From contig CBDCMT010000001.1 of NCBI GenBank assembly GCA_965219095.1, forward strand, positions 2,080,001 to 2,144,000: a stretch of DNA of 64,000 bases. The letters run 5' to 3'. The DNA comes from Bdellovibrionales bacterium. GTDB lineage: Bacteria; Bdellovibrionota; Bdellovibrionia; Bdellovibrionales; UBA1609. Below the pieces are notes generated by a model. That model searched no databases. It saw only the letters and a program-made list of their open reading frames with translations, and was not told where the DNA came from. Both the position numbers and the translations under genes were made by a program. Of this stretch, positions 19,278-29,872 are shown in pieces; within the stretch, counting starts at the first letter, position 1; each line of letters starts with the position of its first letter.

Positions 19278-22085
19278 ATGTCAGATGGTAAAAAAAATCT
19301 TTCGGAGAAAAAACCTCAATCCAAAAGACGCAATTTTTATATAGGTCTTTCAGGTCTAGTTGTTTTATTCTTTTTTGGCCTTTCCTATGTCTTTTGGTTT
19401 TTGAGTACTTTACCTTCTATTGAGAGCTTAAAAGAGTATAAACCTCCCACAGTCTCAATAGTCTATGATAGAATGGGAAAGAAAATAGGTGAATTTTTTT
19501 ATCAAAAAAGATTTGTGGTTAATAAGTTTCCCGATCTCCTTATTAAAGCTTTTGTTGCTGCTGAGGATTCTTCATTTTATTCCCACAAAGGCCTTAATTT
19601 CAAAGCTATTTTTAGAGCTTTGTTAGTGAACTTAAAAGCAGGTAGGAAAGTGCAGGGAGCTTCAACAATCACACAACAAGTGGCACGTTCTTTTCTTCTT
19701 ACAAAAGAAAAAACTTATACAAGAAAACTTAGAGAAATGCTTCTGTCTTATCGTATAGAAAAGGAGATGAAAAAAGACCACATTCTTTTCTTATATTTGA
19801 ATCAAATCTATTTTGGGAAAGGAGCTTATGGAGTAGGAGCTGCAGCAAAGGTATACTTTGATAAAACGTTAGATGATTTGAGCTTAGCTGAAATTGCTAT
19901 TTTAGCAGGACTTCCTCAAGCTCCCTCACGTTATTCACCTTTTAAATCACCTAGAAAAGCTAAGGTAAGGCAAAAGTATGTTCTCAAACGTATGTTTGAA
20001 GAGGGTTACATTACTGAAGAACAAAGAAGTGAAGCTCTTAATAAAATTGTATCTCTACATATAGAAAGAAAAGATATAAATAATTCAGGATTTTTCTTAG
20101 AAGCCGTAAGGCAGATTTTGAGTCAAGAAGTAGGTTCTAATTTTCTTTTAACAAAAGGTCTGCACATTACAACAAGTTTGGATTTAAAACATCAAAAGAT
20201 AGCTCGAAAAGAAGCTGTTGAAGGCCTAAGGGCTTTAGATAAGAGACAGGGTTATCGAAGGCCTCTTCAAAATTTAGATGATGAAAAAGAACTTCAAAGT
20301 TTTTTAAAACAACAAGCAGAAAACTTGTATTTAAAATCCCTTACAAAGAGAAAACTTCAAAGAGACGGCACCTTTGAGTTTCTTTTTAAATTTGAAGAAA
20401 AAGAACAATTAGCATCGTATTTTAATATAGGAGATGTAGTGAAAGGTGTTGTAAGCGAGGTGAATGATTCTAAAAAACTTGTCTATGTGAGGTTTGCAGA
20501 AAATAAGGGGCTTATCTCCATGGAAAATATGGAATGGGCAAGAGTCCCTAATTTTGATAAAAGCTATCGTTTTTCTAAAATTAAAAAACCTTCTGAAGCT
20601 TTAAAAAAAGGTGATGTAATTCAAGTTAAAATTTTAAGTCACAAGTTTAAAGAAAAAAAGAACTTAACTAATTTTATAGAGCTTGCTTTAGAGCAAGAAC
20701 CTGTAGCACAAATAGCACTTTTATCATTTGATCAAAGAACGCAAGACATAACAGCTATGGTAGGAGGGTATAAATTTGAAACTTCGAAATTCAATAGAGC
20801 TTATCAAGCTTTACGTCAAACAGGCTCATCCTTCAAACCCATTGTATATACCTCAGCCCTAGATAAGGGATTTAAAGGCAATAGCAAATTACAGGATATT
20901 CCCTTAGTTTATGAAGAAGAAGTGAAGACGTTGTCTGATCAAAAAAATGATTTAGATAAGAAAAAAAATCTAGTAAATCAAAATATAAAAAAATGGAAGC
21001 CTACGAATTATTATAAAGGCTTTTCAGGAGAAGTAACGTTGAGGAATGCTCTTGTACGGTCCTTAAATATACCTACAATTCGTATGATCTCTAAGCTTTC
21101 TTCTGATTGGGTAGCTCAGTATGCTTATCGCCTAGGGATTTTCAATCCTTTGAATAAAGATTATACTCTGGCCTTAGGAACAAGTGGTACAACATTGTAT
21201 GAGATGACAAAAGTCTTTTCTCATCTAGGTCGTTTAGGAAAAAAAACACGTCCTCTTATTGTAAGAGAGGTCAAAGATTCTGAAGGAAAAGTTTTATTAA
21301 AAAATATCTCTTTAGATAAACTTTTTGAATCTAAAATAAAACTTTTAGACAGTGTTTTTGAACTCAAAAGACATTTATCTTTACAATTTGAAACTGTAAA
21401 AAAGGATCAAATAAAACTTGAGAAATTTATAGAAGATCATAAAAAAGATTTTGAATCTTTTTCATTTTTAGATTATAAGTTTAACTTCTTTAAAACATTT
21501 CAAGGTAACAAGGAGCCTCCTTTTTATTTTCGGGATAAAGAACAGCTTCTAAAGCCTCAAACTGCTTATATTACTACCAATTTATTAGAGGGTGTGATAC
21601 GTGACCCCAAAGGCACAGGAAGAGGAGCACAGAGCTTTTCCCATCCTGCAGCGGGTAAAACAGGCACGTCAAGTAATTTTTTTGACGCCTGGTTTCTGGG
21701 TTATACAGCCCACTATATTGCAGGAGTGTGGCTGGGCTTTGATAAAGAAAGATCTTTGGGTCTGAGAGAAGGAGGAGGTAGGGCAGCTTTACCCGTATGG
21801 CTTTCTTATATGAAACAAGTGCATAAAACCCTCAAACCTGAACCTTTTGCTGTTCCTGATGGGATTATCTTTATGAACATAGACGGCGAGACTGGAGAGC
21901 TTTTCAGTCATCAATCAAAGCACATTGTCTCACAAGCCTTTTTAGAAACAGATGATCTTCCTTTAAAAATCAAAAGGAACTTTTTAAAGGAAGGAAAGGA
22001 AGAAGAAAAAGCTGTACAAATGATGGAAACTGAGCTAAAAGAGAGAGGTTCGAAAGAATTACATAAACTTGACTTATCTGAATAA
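19278..22085 (+). CDS. mrcA: Penicillin-binding protein 1A
   Basis: AAED, GASTITQQ, RKLRE, YLNQIYFG, SSFK, SLN and KTG motifs; OB-fold insertion. Confidence 0.95.
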   Translation: MSDGKKNLSEKKPQSKRRNFYIGLSGLVVLFFFGLSYVFWFLSTLPSIESLKEYKPPTVSIVYDRMGKKIGEFFYQKRFVVNKFPDLLIKAFVAAEDSSFYSHKGLNFKAIFRALLVNLKAGRKVQGASTITQQVARSFLLTKEKTYTRKLREMLLSYRIEKEMKKDHILFLYLNQIYFGKGAYGVGAAAKVYFDKTLDDLSLAEIAILAGLPQAPSRYSPFKSPRKAKVRQKYVLKRMFEEGYITEEQRSEALNKIVSLHIERKDINNSGFFLEAVRQILSQEVGSNFLLTKGLHITTSLDLKHQKIARKEAVEGLRALDKRQGYRRPLQNLDDEKELQSFLKQQAENLYLKSLTKRKLQRDGTFEFLFKFEEKEQLASYFNIGDVVKGVVSEVNDSKKLVYVRFAENKGLISMENMEWARVPNFDKSYRFSKIKKPSEALKKGDVIQVKILSHKFKEKKNLTNFIELALEQEPVAQIALLSFDQRTQDITAMVGGYKFETSKFNRAYQALRQTGSSFKPIVYTSALDKGFKGNSKLQDIPLVYEEEVKTLSDQKNDLDKKKNLVNQNIKKWKPTNYYKGFSGEVTLRNALVRSLNIPTIRMISKLSSDWVAQYAYRLGIFNPLNKDYTLALGTSGTTLYEMTKVFSHLGRLGKKTRPLIVREVKDSEGKVLLKNISLDKLFESKIKLLDSVFELKRHLSLQFETVKKDQIKLEKFIEDHKKDFESFSFLDYKFNFFKTFQGNKEPPFYFRDKEQLLKPQTAYITTNLLEGVIRDPKGTGRGAQSFSHPAAGKTGTSSNFFDAWFLGYTAHYIAGVWLGFDKERSLGLREGGGRAALPVWLSYMKQVHKTLKPEPFAVPDGIIFMNIDGETGELFSHQSKHIVSQAFLETDDLPLKIKRNFLKEGKEEEKAVQMMETELKERGSKELHKLDLSE

Positions 22086-22088
22086 AAA

Positions 22089-24926
22089 ATGAAAGAATTT
22101 ATTTATCTTAAAGGAGTCTGTCAGAACAATTTAAAATCTCTTGACGTTAAGATTCCTTTGAATTGTTTTACTGTGTTATGCGGGCCTAGTGGATCGGGAA
22201 AGAGTTCATTGGCTTTTGAAACTCTTTATGCCGAAGGACAGAGGCGCTATATTGAAAGTCTTTCCAACTATACTAAGCAGTTTCTTAATAAAGCTCCGAA
22301 ACCTTTGTTGGAAAGTGTTGAGAACATACCGCCTTCTTTAGCCTTGACTCAAAAAAACTCAGTCAAAAGCTCTCGCTCTACTATAGGAACTTATACTGAA
22401 ATATTAGATGATCTGAGAGCTTTCTATGAAAAATTAGCAAAACCCCTATGCCCTGAACACAAAAGAAATTTAGAGGCTTATGATCCTGTCAAAGGAGTTG
22501 AGGGAATTATAAACGTTTTTAAAAACAAAAGAGGGTATTTTTTAGCGGAAGTGGACTTAAAAACATGTGTTCTTAAAAAAGAAGAGCTTCTAAAGCATCT
22601 CATCAAAGAAGGATTTTTAAGAATTTATATCCCCTATGGCAAGTCAGAAAAAGTAAAGTTTGAGGAGAACTTTTCTCAATGTAGCTTAGGAGAAGTTGTT
22701 TTAATAGAGGACATAAAAAAGCTTCCTCAAAAAAAATTTTTTGTTGTTGTGGATAGAACTGTTTTTAAAGAAGATGAAAAAGTAAGACTTATTGATTCTC
22801 TAAGGCAAACCTATAAGCTTTTTCGTAGCCTTCACACACAAGTTTTCCAAGAAAGGGCTGTCATTCTTACTACAGAGGGTGAAAGGCTTCTTTTAAGTAC
22901 TAAGCCTTCTTGCTGTCTCTGTGGATTTCAGTTTCCTAAAATCACTTCACATCTTTTTAGTTTTAATCACCCACAAGGAGCTTGTCCTACCTGTGAAGGT
23001 TTTGGTTATATTTTGGATTTGTCTGAAAGGAAGGTAATTCCTGATCCCAAATTGACTCTTAATCAAGGTGCTATAAAGCCTTTCTCTATGCCAAGTGGTG
23101 TGATGTTTAAAAAAATGACAGAGAAAATCTGTTATTTAAATGGTATTGACTTGAATCAACCTTGGAACAAACTGCCACAAGAACACAGAAATATTGTATG
23201 GAAAGGTTGTATAGGGTTTAAAGGGGTCTGTGGTTACTTTAAAGATCTTGAAAGAAAAAAATATAAAATGTACATAAGAATTCTTCTTTCCCGTTTCAAA
23301 GACGAAGTGCTTTGTCCAAACTGCAAGGGAGTGCGTATTAATGAAAAAGCAAGGCAGGTTTTGTTTAGAAGAAAAAGTATTTCAGATATTTGCAGTTTGA
23401 ATTTAGAAGAACTTTTAATGTTTTTTAAAAATTTAAAATTATCTCAATTTGAAAAAGAATGTGTTCAATCTCTCTACGAACACATTCTTTTTAAACTTCA
23501 ATACCTAAATGATGTAGGGCTTTCTTACCTTACTTTAGACCGTAACACACGAACTCTATCAGGGGGTGAATTTCAACGTATCAATCTGTCTCGTCAACTA
23601 GGTTCAGGACTCTCAGAAACACTATACGTCTTAGATGAACCCACTGTAGGTTTACACCCTAAAGATACAGATCGATTGATTCAGATTTTAAAATCATTGC
23701 AGTCATCTGATAACACTCTTGTCATTGTAGAACATGATTCCGATGTCATTTCCAGTAGTCAGTTTGTTTTAGAAATGGGTCCTCGCTCAGGAGATCAAGG
23801 AGGAGAGCTTATGTTTTCAGGAAAATTTAAGGATTTCTTAAAAGATAAGGACTCACCTACAGCTAAGTACCTTAGCTCTGAAAACAAATTCAGATTGAGT
23901 TCGTTTCATATTCCTAGAAAAAAAGATAGTAAAAATTCTTTAATTTTAAAGGGATGCAAAGGTCATAATTTAAAAAATATTGATTTTAAAATACCTCTTG
24001 AAAGTTTCATTGTGGTCACAGGAGTGAGCGGTTCAGGAAAGAGTTCTCTTGTCACTCAAACTCTTTACCCTGCTCTTTTGAACGAAATTGAAAAAAAGTA
24101 TATCCATGGACTTGAATTTGAGAGTTTAATAGGAGCACAGCCTTTAAAGGATGTTGTTTTAATTGACCAAAATTCGATTACAAAAACTGAACGTAGTTGT
24201 CCTGCTAGTTACTTGGATTTTTATTCTCTTATAAGAAATATCATGGCCTACTCCCTTCAAGGACGCCTTCACGGAATGACTCCGAGGCATTTTAGCTTAA
24301 ATGTAAATCAGGGACGCTGTCCTTTCTGTCAAGGTTTAGGAGTTGAAATTATAGATATGGTTTTTATGGAAGATGTGGAACTACCCTGTGAAGCATGTGG
24401 AGGAAAAAAGTTTAAAGATGAAGTTTTAAATGTTCGCTATAAAAATAAAACCATACTTGATATTTTAAACATGAAAGTTTCTGAAGCAAAAACTTTTTTT
24501 AAAGAGGAACCTGCTATAGTAAGGGCTTGTGAAACCTTGGAACAAGTTGGTTTATCTTATATAAGTTTAGGACAAAGATCTTCAACGTTTTCTTCAGGTG
24601 AAGCACAAAGACTGAAGCTTGCTCAAAAACTCCATAAATCAGTAAGTCAAAACACAATGTTTGTAATTGATGAACCCACTAAGGGGCTTCACTTTCAGGA
24701 AGTGGGCTTGCTTTTGAAAGTTCTCCATAGCCTCGTGGAGGCAGGAGCAAGTGTTGTGGTGATAGAACATAATTTAGAAGTCATAGCTTCAGCTGATCAC
24801 ATTATAGACCTAGGTCCTGGCGGAGGCCCTAAAGGTGGTGCAATTGTAGGGCAAGGCCCGCCTTTTGAGTTTCGAGAAGAGATTCAAACTGAAACGGCCC
24901 GTTATTTAAGAAAGTATTTTTCATAA
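22089..24926 (+). CDS. uvrA: Excinuclease ABC subunit A family protein
   Basis: Two GSGKSSL Walker A motifs, AEGQRRY, LSGGE, DEPT and CxxC zinc fingers. Confidence 0.9.
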   Translation: MKEFIYLKGVCQNNLKSLDVKIPLNCFTVLCGPSGSGKSSLAFETLYAEGQRRYIESLSNYTKQFLNKAPKPLLESVENIPPSLALTQKNSVKSSRSTIGTYTEILDDLRAFYEKLAKPLCPEHKRNLEAYDPVKGVEGIINVFKNKRGYFLAEVDLKTCVLKKEELLKHLIKEGFLRIYIPYGKSEKVKFEENFSQCSLGEVVLIEDIKKLPQKKFFVVVDRTVFKEDEKVRLIDSLRQTYKLFRSLHTQVFQERAVILTTEGERLLLSTKPSCCLCGFQFPKITSHLFSFNHPQGACPTCEGFGYILDLSERKVIPDPKLTLNQGAIKPFSMPSGVMFKKMTEKICYLNGIDLNQPWNKLPQEHRNIVWKGCIGFKGVCGYFKDLERKKYKMYIRILLSRFKDEVLCPNCKGVRINEKARQVLFRRKSISDICSLNLEELLMFFKNLKLSQFEKECVQSLYEHILFKLQYLNDVGLSYLTLDRNTRTLSGGEFQRINLSRQLGSGLSETLYVLDEPTVGLHPKDTDRLIQILKSLQSSDNTLVIVEHDSDVISSSQFVLEMGPRSGDQGGELMFSGKFKDFLKDKDSPTAKYLSSENKFRLSSFHIPRKKDSKNSLILKGCKGHNLKNIDFKIPLESFIVVTGVSGSGKSSLVTQTLYPALLNEIEKKYIHGLEFESLIGAQPLKDVVLIDQNSITKTERSCPASYLDFYSLIRNIMAYSLQGRLHGMTPRHFSLNVNQGRCPFCQGLGVEIIDMVFMEDVELPCEACGGKKFKDEVLNVRYKNKTILDILNMKVSEAKTFFKEEPAIVRACETLEQVGLSYISLGQRSSTFSSGEAQRLKLAQKLHKSVSQNTMFVIDEPTKGLHFQEVGLLLKVLHSLVEAGASVVVIEHNLEVIASADHIIDLGPGGGPKGGAIVGQGPPFEFREEIQTETARYLRKYFS

Positions 24927-25036
24927 ACTAAAGTCTAGTTTGATTATTTTTTTGACAAAATCTCCTAAAGATTGTCTAAAAAATTGACGATGAAGTCATT
25001 AAAGAGGTTTTATAAAAATCTTTAAAGGAGCCTGTT

Positions 25037-26581
25037 GTGCAAACAAAAGAGTATGAGTATTTACATGTTATAAAAAAAATAAAACAAATTTTAGAACAGT
25101 GGTGGAGCCTTAAAGTTTTGTTTTTTAATGAAGACCATAGTTGTGAACTAGAATCTGAAAATAATGATTCTTTTTATCATATTTTCAAATCACATGACAT
25201 GATGTTGTCTCTTTCAAAACTTGTGAAATCATCTGTTGAAGAGTTACAGGCTTTAGAAGAACAGACGTATATGTTTCGTAAATGGGATGATTTAGGTTCA
25301 GATGTTCTCATAAAGCCTATTTTTTCTAATAGAGAGTATATGAGTTCTATTGTAGTTCTGTCATTTTTTAAGGAGGATGTGGATATTGACAAACGTACAT
25401 CAGAACTTAAAGGCAGGTTGTTAGGTTTGGGACTTTCACAGGACCTTATCAAAGAACATATTACAAAAGTAAAACCCATTAGCGAATCTGATAGAAGACA
25501 TCTTGTAGAGCTAGTTAAAGTTATGGGTGATGAAATTATTACTATCTATAAAGAGCTTTCTAATAGAGAGCAACGCATTTTAGAAATCAACAACGCTTAT
25601 TCAAATAAATACAGCTATAATGGAATGATAGGACGTTCAAAGTCTATGAGAGAATTGTATAGCTTGCTGGATAAAATCAAAAGTACAAATAGCACAATCA
25701 TCATTCAAGGAGAGAACGGAACAGGTAAGGAGTTAATTGCTAAATCCATACATAGAAATTCTTCTCAATCAGAAAAAACTTTTATAACGCAAAACTGCTC
25801 AGCTTTTAACGATAACCTTTTAGAGAGCGAACTTTTTGGTCATAAAAAAGGTTCTTTTACAGGAGCAATTTCAGATAAAAAAGGACTTTTCGAAGTAGCT
25901 GATAAGGGTACTTTTTTTCTTGACGAGATTGGGGATACATCCCCTTCTATGCAGGTTAAGCTTTTAAGGGTTCTGCAAGAGGGAACTTTTATTCCTCTAG
26001 GTAGTACCGAAATGAAGAAAGTCGATGTGAGAATTATAGCAGCTACAAATAAAGATTTAAAAAAAATGGTAGAGGAAAAACTTTTTAGAGAGGATCTTTA
26101 TTATCGTCTCAATGTTATCAATGTGCAAGTTCCCCCCTTAAGAGAACGCAAAGAAGATATAGCTCTTCTTGTTGATTATTTTCTGATTTCGTCATGTAAA
26201 AGAAAAGATGTAGACCCTAAGACTATCGATAATTCTGTTATTAAAAGGCTTTACGACTATTACTGGCCAGGCAATGTACGTGAATTAGAGAATGAAATTG
26301 AAAGACTTGTTGTTTTAAGTGCTGATAACAAAAAAATTTCAGAAGAATATTTATCAGAAAAAATTAAAGAGAATCGAAAAGGGGATTTGAGCCCTATTTT
26401 TTCCAAAGGAAAACTCAAAGAAGCTATCGAATCTGTTGAGAAAGAAATCATACAAGAAGGTCTTCGTAGAACCGGGTGGAATAAGTCCCAACTTGCAAAA
26501 GAACTAGGTATTAGCAGAGCAAGCCTTATTATGAAAGTAGACAGATACGCCCTTGACAAAAGAAAGATCAGCAACAGATAA
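25037..26581 (+). CDS. Sigma-54-dependent Fis-family activator with N-terminal sensory domain
   Basis: GENGTGKE, ESELFGH..GSFTGA, FLDEIG, FREDLYYRL, WPGNVREL and C-terminal HTH. Confidence 0.95.
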   Translation: MQTKEYEYLHVIKKIKQILEQWWSLKVLFFNEDHSCELESENNDSFYHIFKSHDMMLSLSKLVKSSVEELQALEEQTYMFRKWDDLGSDVLIKPIFSNREYMSSIVVLSFFKEDVDIDKRTSELKGRLLGLGLSQDLIKEHITKVKPISESDRRHLVELVKVMGDEIITIYKELSNREQRILEINNAYSNKYSYNGMIGRSKSMRELYSLLDKIKSTNSTIIIQGENGTGKELIAKSIHRNSSQSEKTFITQNCSAFNDNLLESELFGHKKGSFTGAISDKKGLFEVADKGTFFLDEIGDTSPSMQVKLLRVLQEGTFIPLGSTEMKKVDVRIIAATNKDLKKMVEEKLFREDLYYRLNVINVQVPPLRERKEDIALLVDYFLISSCKRKDVDPKTIDNSVIKRLYDYYWPGNVRELENEIERLVVLSADNKKISEEYLSEKIKENRKGDLSPIFSKGKLKEAIESVEKEIIQEGLRRTGWNKSQLAKELGISRASLIMKVDRYALDKRKISNR

Positions 26582-26792
26582 AGTTTTTTTATTTTTTCTT
26601 CCTATCTCCTACTCCACCCTTTCCCCTATAGAAATTTCATGATTGTATAATAATTAGACGCTCTCCTCTAGTTTCTCTATCAGAGGCTATTAAATTTTTT
26701 GTAATAATTACTAGAGGAAGTATGAAAATAATCCAAGAAACCACTTTTTATATTTATTTTTCATAAAAAATTGGTTACATTAAATATTAAGG

Positions 26793-26841
26793 GATAAAAA
26801 TATTACATCCTTATTAAGGGTAAGGGTGTAATATTTTTATC
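26793..26841. repeat. 21-bp imperfect inverted repeat upstream of ORF 26880
   Basis: gataaaaatattacatcctta ... taagggtgtaatatttttatc. Confidence 0.8.
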
Positions 26842-26879
26842 AACTAAATATTTATGAATTATTTATAAAGGAAGTAAGA

Positions 26880-27848
26880 ATGGACCTTGATACAAAAAAT
26901 ATAATTTATGTTGATTTTAACAACAAAAAATTTGATTTATCTGAGAAAACTCTCAAAAGATTTTTGAAATTTATTGAAAATAGATTTTCAGTGGAGACCT
27001 ATTACACAAACTTCAAGAGAACAGGTTTACCTCATCATTCCTTTAAACACACACACAAGGAAACTCTAAAAAAACTTCTTAAGAAAAACAATCCTCTTTT
27101 TTTATTAGATGAAATCTGTTTTCCCTTCCATGAAAAAGGAGAAGTCATAGGTTGTGTTAGAGTTTTAAGAATCAATCATCTTTCAAGTAAAAAAAGATCG
27201 GAGTTAGTAGATTTTTTAGGGTGGCTATGTGAAGAACATAGCAATACTTCAGAAAAACTTAAGACTTTACAAAGTCTAGAAAGAAAATTCTTCACTGATC
27301 ATTTAGACTTTTCAAATGAAAAAACTTTATTTCTAAAGCATAGGAAAAACCACAAAAAAGACAGCTACAAAGAAAAAATTGATTTTTTTAAGAACAAAAA
27401 AGAAGCTATTTTTAATTTCTCAGTATTGATACAAAGCCATTCCTCTCAAGAAGATATTTATAAAATGGCCTTGGAAATTCATTATTTTTCAGATAGGCGC
27501 TCTTTTTGTAATATTGATCAAATTTTTGGAAAGGATAGGTTTATTGATCAAGAAACTTTATTTTGTTTAGGACCTATGACCTTATTTATTCCAGAAATTA
27601 CGGATTTCCCTGTTGCATCTCAAAAGGAAATTGCTCATTTTTTAGATAAAAAGGCTATAAATCATCATTCTTCTGGTCCTGAAATCATCTTTGGAGCTTC
27701 CTATGAGTTTCAGGATCATTGGCATATTCTTTACCCTGCCATGTTGAAGCATTTAAAGATCATTCAAATGACAGATGACTTTCAATCCTACAAAACACAT
27801 GGCTTGTTTAAATTCCTTTCAAAAGTTCTAGATAGTGCAGCCAACTAA
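26880..27848 (+). CDS. Hypothetical protein with a degenerate sigma54-activator-like AAA+ region
   Basis: SVLIQ...MALEIHYFSDR..F...TLFIPEITDFP...Q ordering resembles the activator core, without Walker A or GAFTGA. Confidence 0.55.
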   Translation: MDLDTKNIIYVDFNNKKFDLSEKTLKRFLKFIENRFSVETYYTNFKRTGLPHHSFKHTHKETLKKLLKKNNPLFLLDEICFPFHEKGEVIGCVRVLRINHLSSKKRSELVDFLGWLCEEHSNTSEKLKTLQSLERKFFTDHLDFSNEKTLFLKHRKNHKKDSYKEKIDFFKNKKEAIFNFSVLIQSHSSQEDIYKMALEIHYFSDRRSFCNIDQIFGKDRFIDQETLFCLGPMTLFIPEITDFPVASQKEIAHFLDKKAINHHSSGPEIIFGASYEFQDHWHILYPAMLKHLKIIQMTDDFQSYKTHGLFKFLSKVLDSAAN

Positions 27849-27881
27849 AGTCACTTTTAGTTTAGTAAGTGAGCCTTAATA

Positions 27882-28109
27882 ACCCGAGTTTTGATTTTTA
27901 TATGCTTCTCAGAAGCCTTTGTTCTTGAGTTTTAAGTTGAATGGAGGGTTTTTTAGGTTTTAAGCAAGTAAGAGATAAGGGTACCTAAAAGATTGACGAC
28001 AAAATTTTGTGGGCTACGATGACGAGAATACTCAAGATGAAACTCTCCGTTCAATTTAAAACTCAAGAACAAAGGCTTCTGAAAAATATATAAAAGTCAA
28101 AACTCGGGT
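27882..28109. mobile_element. IS982-derived 228-bp element made of two right ends
   Basis: acccgag...ctcgggt with about 60-bp IRs; TSD taata; both arms match the right end of 58514-59555. Confidence 0.85.
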
Positions 28110-28577
28110 TAATACTAACATTTTTACTTTTTATATCTTTCGGGGGATTTTCTTATGGAAACTTTATAAAGACAGAAAGTCAAAGCTTACTTTTACAAAC
28201 CTCATGGGAAAACCATGATTTTATGGAAGCTTCGCCATTAGCAGTATCATCAGCTAACGGAATCTTAAAAGTCAATGGAATTCCAGGAGAAGGATAATAT
28301 TCTGAATACTCTATTTACGCTTGCAAAGGAAGTCTCAAATTTCTTAAAAAATATAGTTGCCATCACTTAAAAGACGAAAAATTAAATAAAGAGGTTTTTC
28401 TTAAAGAAGGGGTTTATTTGTTAATTTATAGTAACACAGATCAATTTGTTGAGGTGACAGAAAATGCTCTAACCAAGTCAATCTCGATCAAATTAAAATT
28501 AATCTCCAAGGTGAAAAATACACTCTTTACCGGGATCTTACTATAGGGAAATGCAAAATTTGGTAATAAGAAATATA

Positions 28578-29714
28578 TAGTGCTTCCGTTTAGGTTTTCA
28601 GGTTTCTAAGATGGAGAAGTTATCAGTTATCAAAGTTTCTAATTTAGGCCTGTGTTTTCGTATTCCTCTAAAAAATTGACTTAAACTTCCCTTGAAATCG
28701 TCATAGTTTTCATAATATCGATTCGCCGTGACCTCTTTTTTCATAAACTTCCAAAGCCTTTCTATAGGATTTAAATTCGGTGAGTACGGAGGAAGATAAA
28801 CAAGTTTTATATTCAACTCTTTCGCTAACTTCTTGACAGACTTCGATCTATTGTATCCGGCCCCATCTAAGATAAGATGAATCTCTTTTTCATCGGGATG
28901 CTTCTTAATGAATATGATAGAGCATATCACATAGAAAAACTTCATTAACTGTCTTATAACTCCTGACTACCGTCTTCAAACTATTGATCTCAATAGCTCC
29001 ACAAACATTCACTCTTTTTCTCCAGCCTGAATTGGTCTTCACTTCAAACTTCTTACCCTCTCTTATCCAACCATATGAAATCGTAGGGCCCCACTCAGGA
29101 TGTGTGGAATCAGCAAAGTAAACAGGACCGTCTTTCTTCTTAATTCTCTTGTATTTACGCACAAACTTTTTCTGCTCTCCTCTCTTTGCCTTACCCGGTA
29201 TCGCTGTGGCTTTTTTATAAGAAAAACCAAGGCGATGGAGAAGATCAATCGCACCACTTGTTGAGTACGTAACACCAAAATTCTCCTCAATGAACTGAAT
29301 AACAGACTGTGATGACGGAAAAATTCTTTTTTCTAACTCCTTTAAAAGCATTTTCTCCTCTTTCTTAGTTAAAAAGGACCTTTTAGGGTTGTAATTGTCG
29401 TTGATTAAGCACTCTATCCCTCCTTTGTTATAACGATCTCTACAGGCTCTTATCGTGCCCTCATCAATGAAAAGAAAGCAGGCAATATCTTTACACAACT
29501 TACCTTTATCTAAATGGAGGATTGTCATAATCCTTTTTACGTATTTAAGATTTTTCTCTAGAGATAGTTCATAGAGTAAATCTTTTCGCTCTTTTTTTGA
29601 TAGAAACCCTGACATATGAAACTATTTTTAAAAATAAATGACTTTTTATCAAGGCCTTAGAATAAAAACTAGACTTTAACTCAAAAAAAACGGGAAATTT
29701 AAACGGAAGCACTA
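28578..29714 (-). mobile_element. IS630 type B, frameshifted copy
   Basis: IR tagtgcttccg / cggaagcacta, TA duplication; ORF split into 28905-29615 and 28598-28945. Confidence 0.92.
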
Positions 29715-29836
29715 TATATAAAATATTTATAGAAGAATTTTTCAGTGTAAAACTTATACACATATCTATCACAAATCACTTCAAACACGCCATCTCGAAA
29801 AAAATATAATTTTTATTTAGCTCATAGTGTTAAACC

Positions 29837-29865
29837 TTGATTTATAAATATAAAATATTTATACT
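29837..29865 (+). promoter_or_regulatory. Sigma70 promoter
   Basis: TTGATT (29837-42), 17 bp, TATACT (29860-65); predicted +1 at about 29872. Confidence 0.65.
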
Positions 29866-29872
29866 TATGTTG

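Noticed and set aside
28156..28560. Degraded coding-like sequence between the IS982 MITE and IS630-B
   Set aside because: Multiple stops and no recognisable family, so no call is supported
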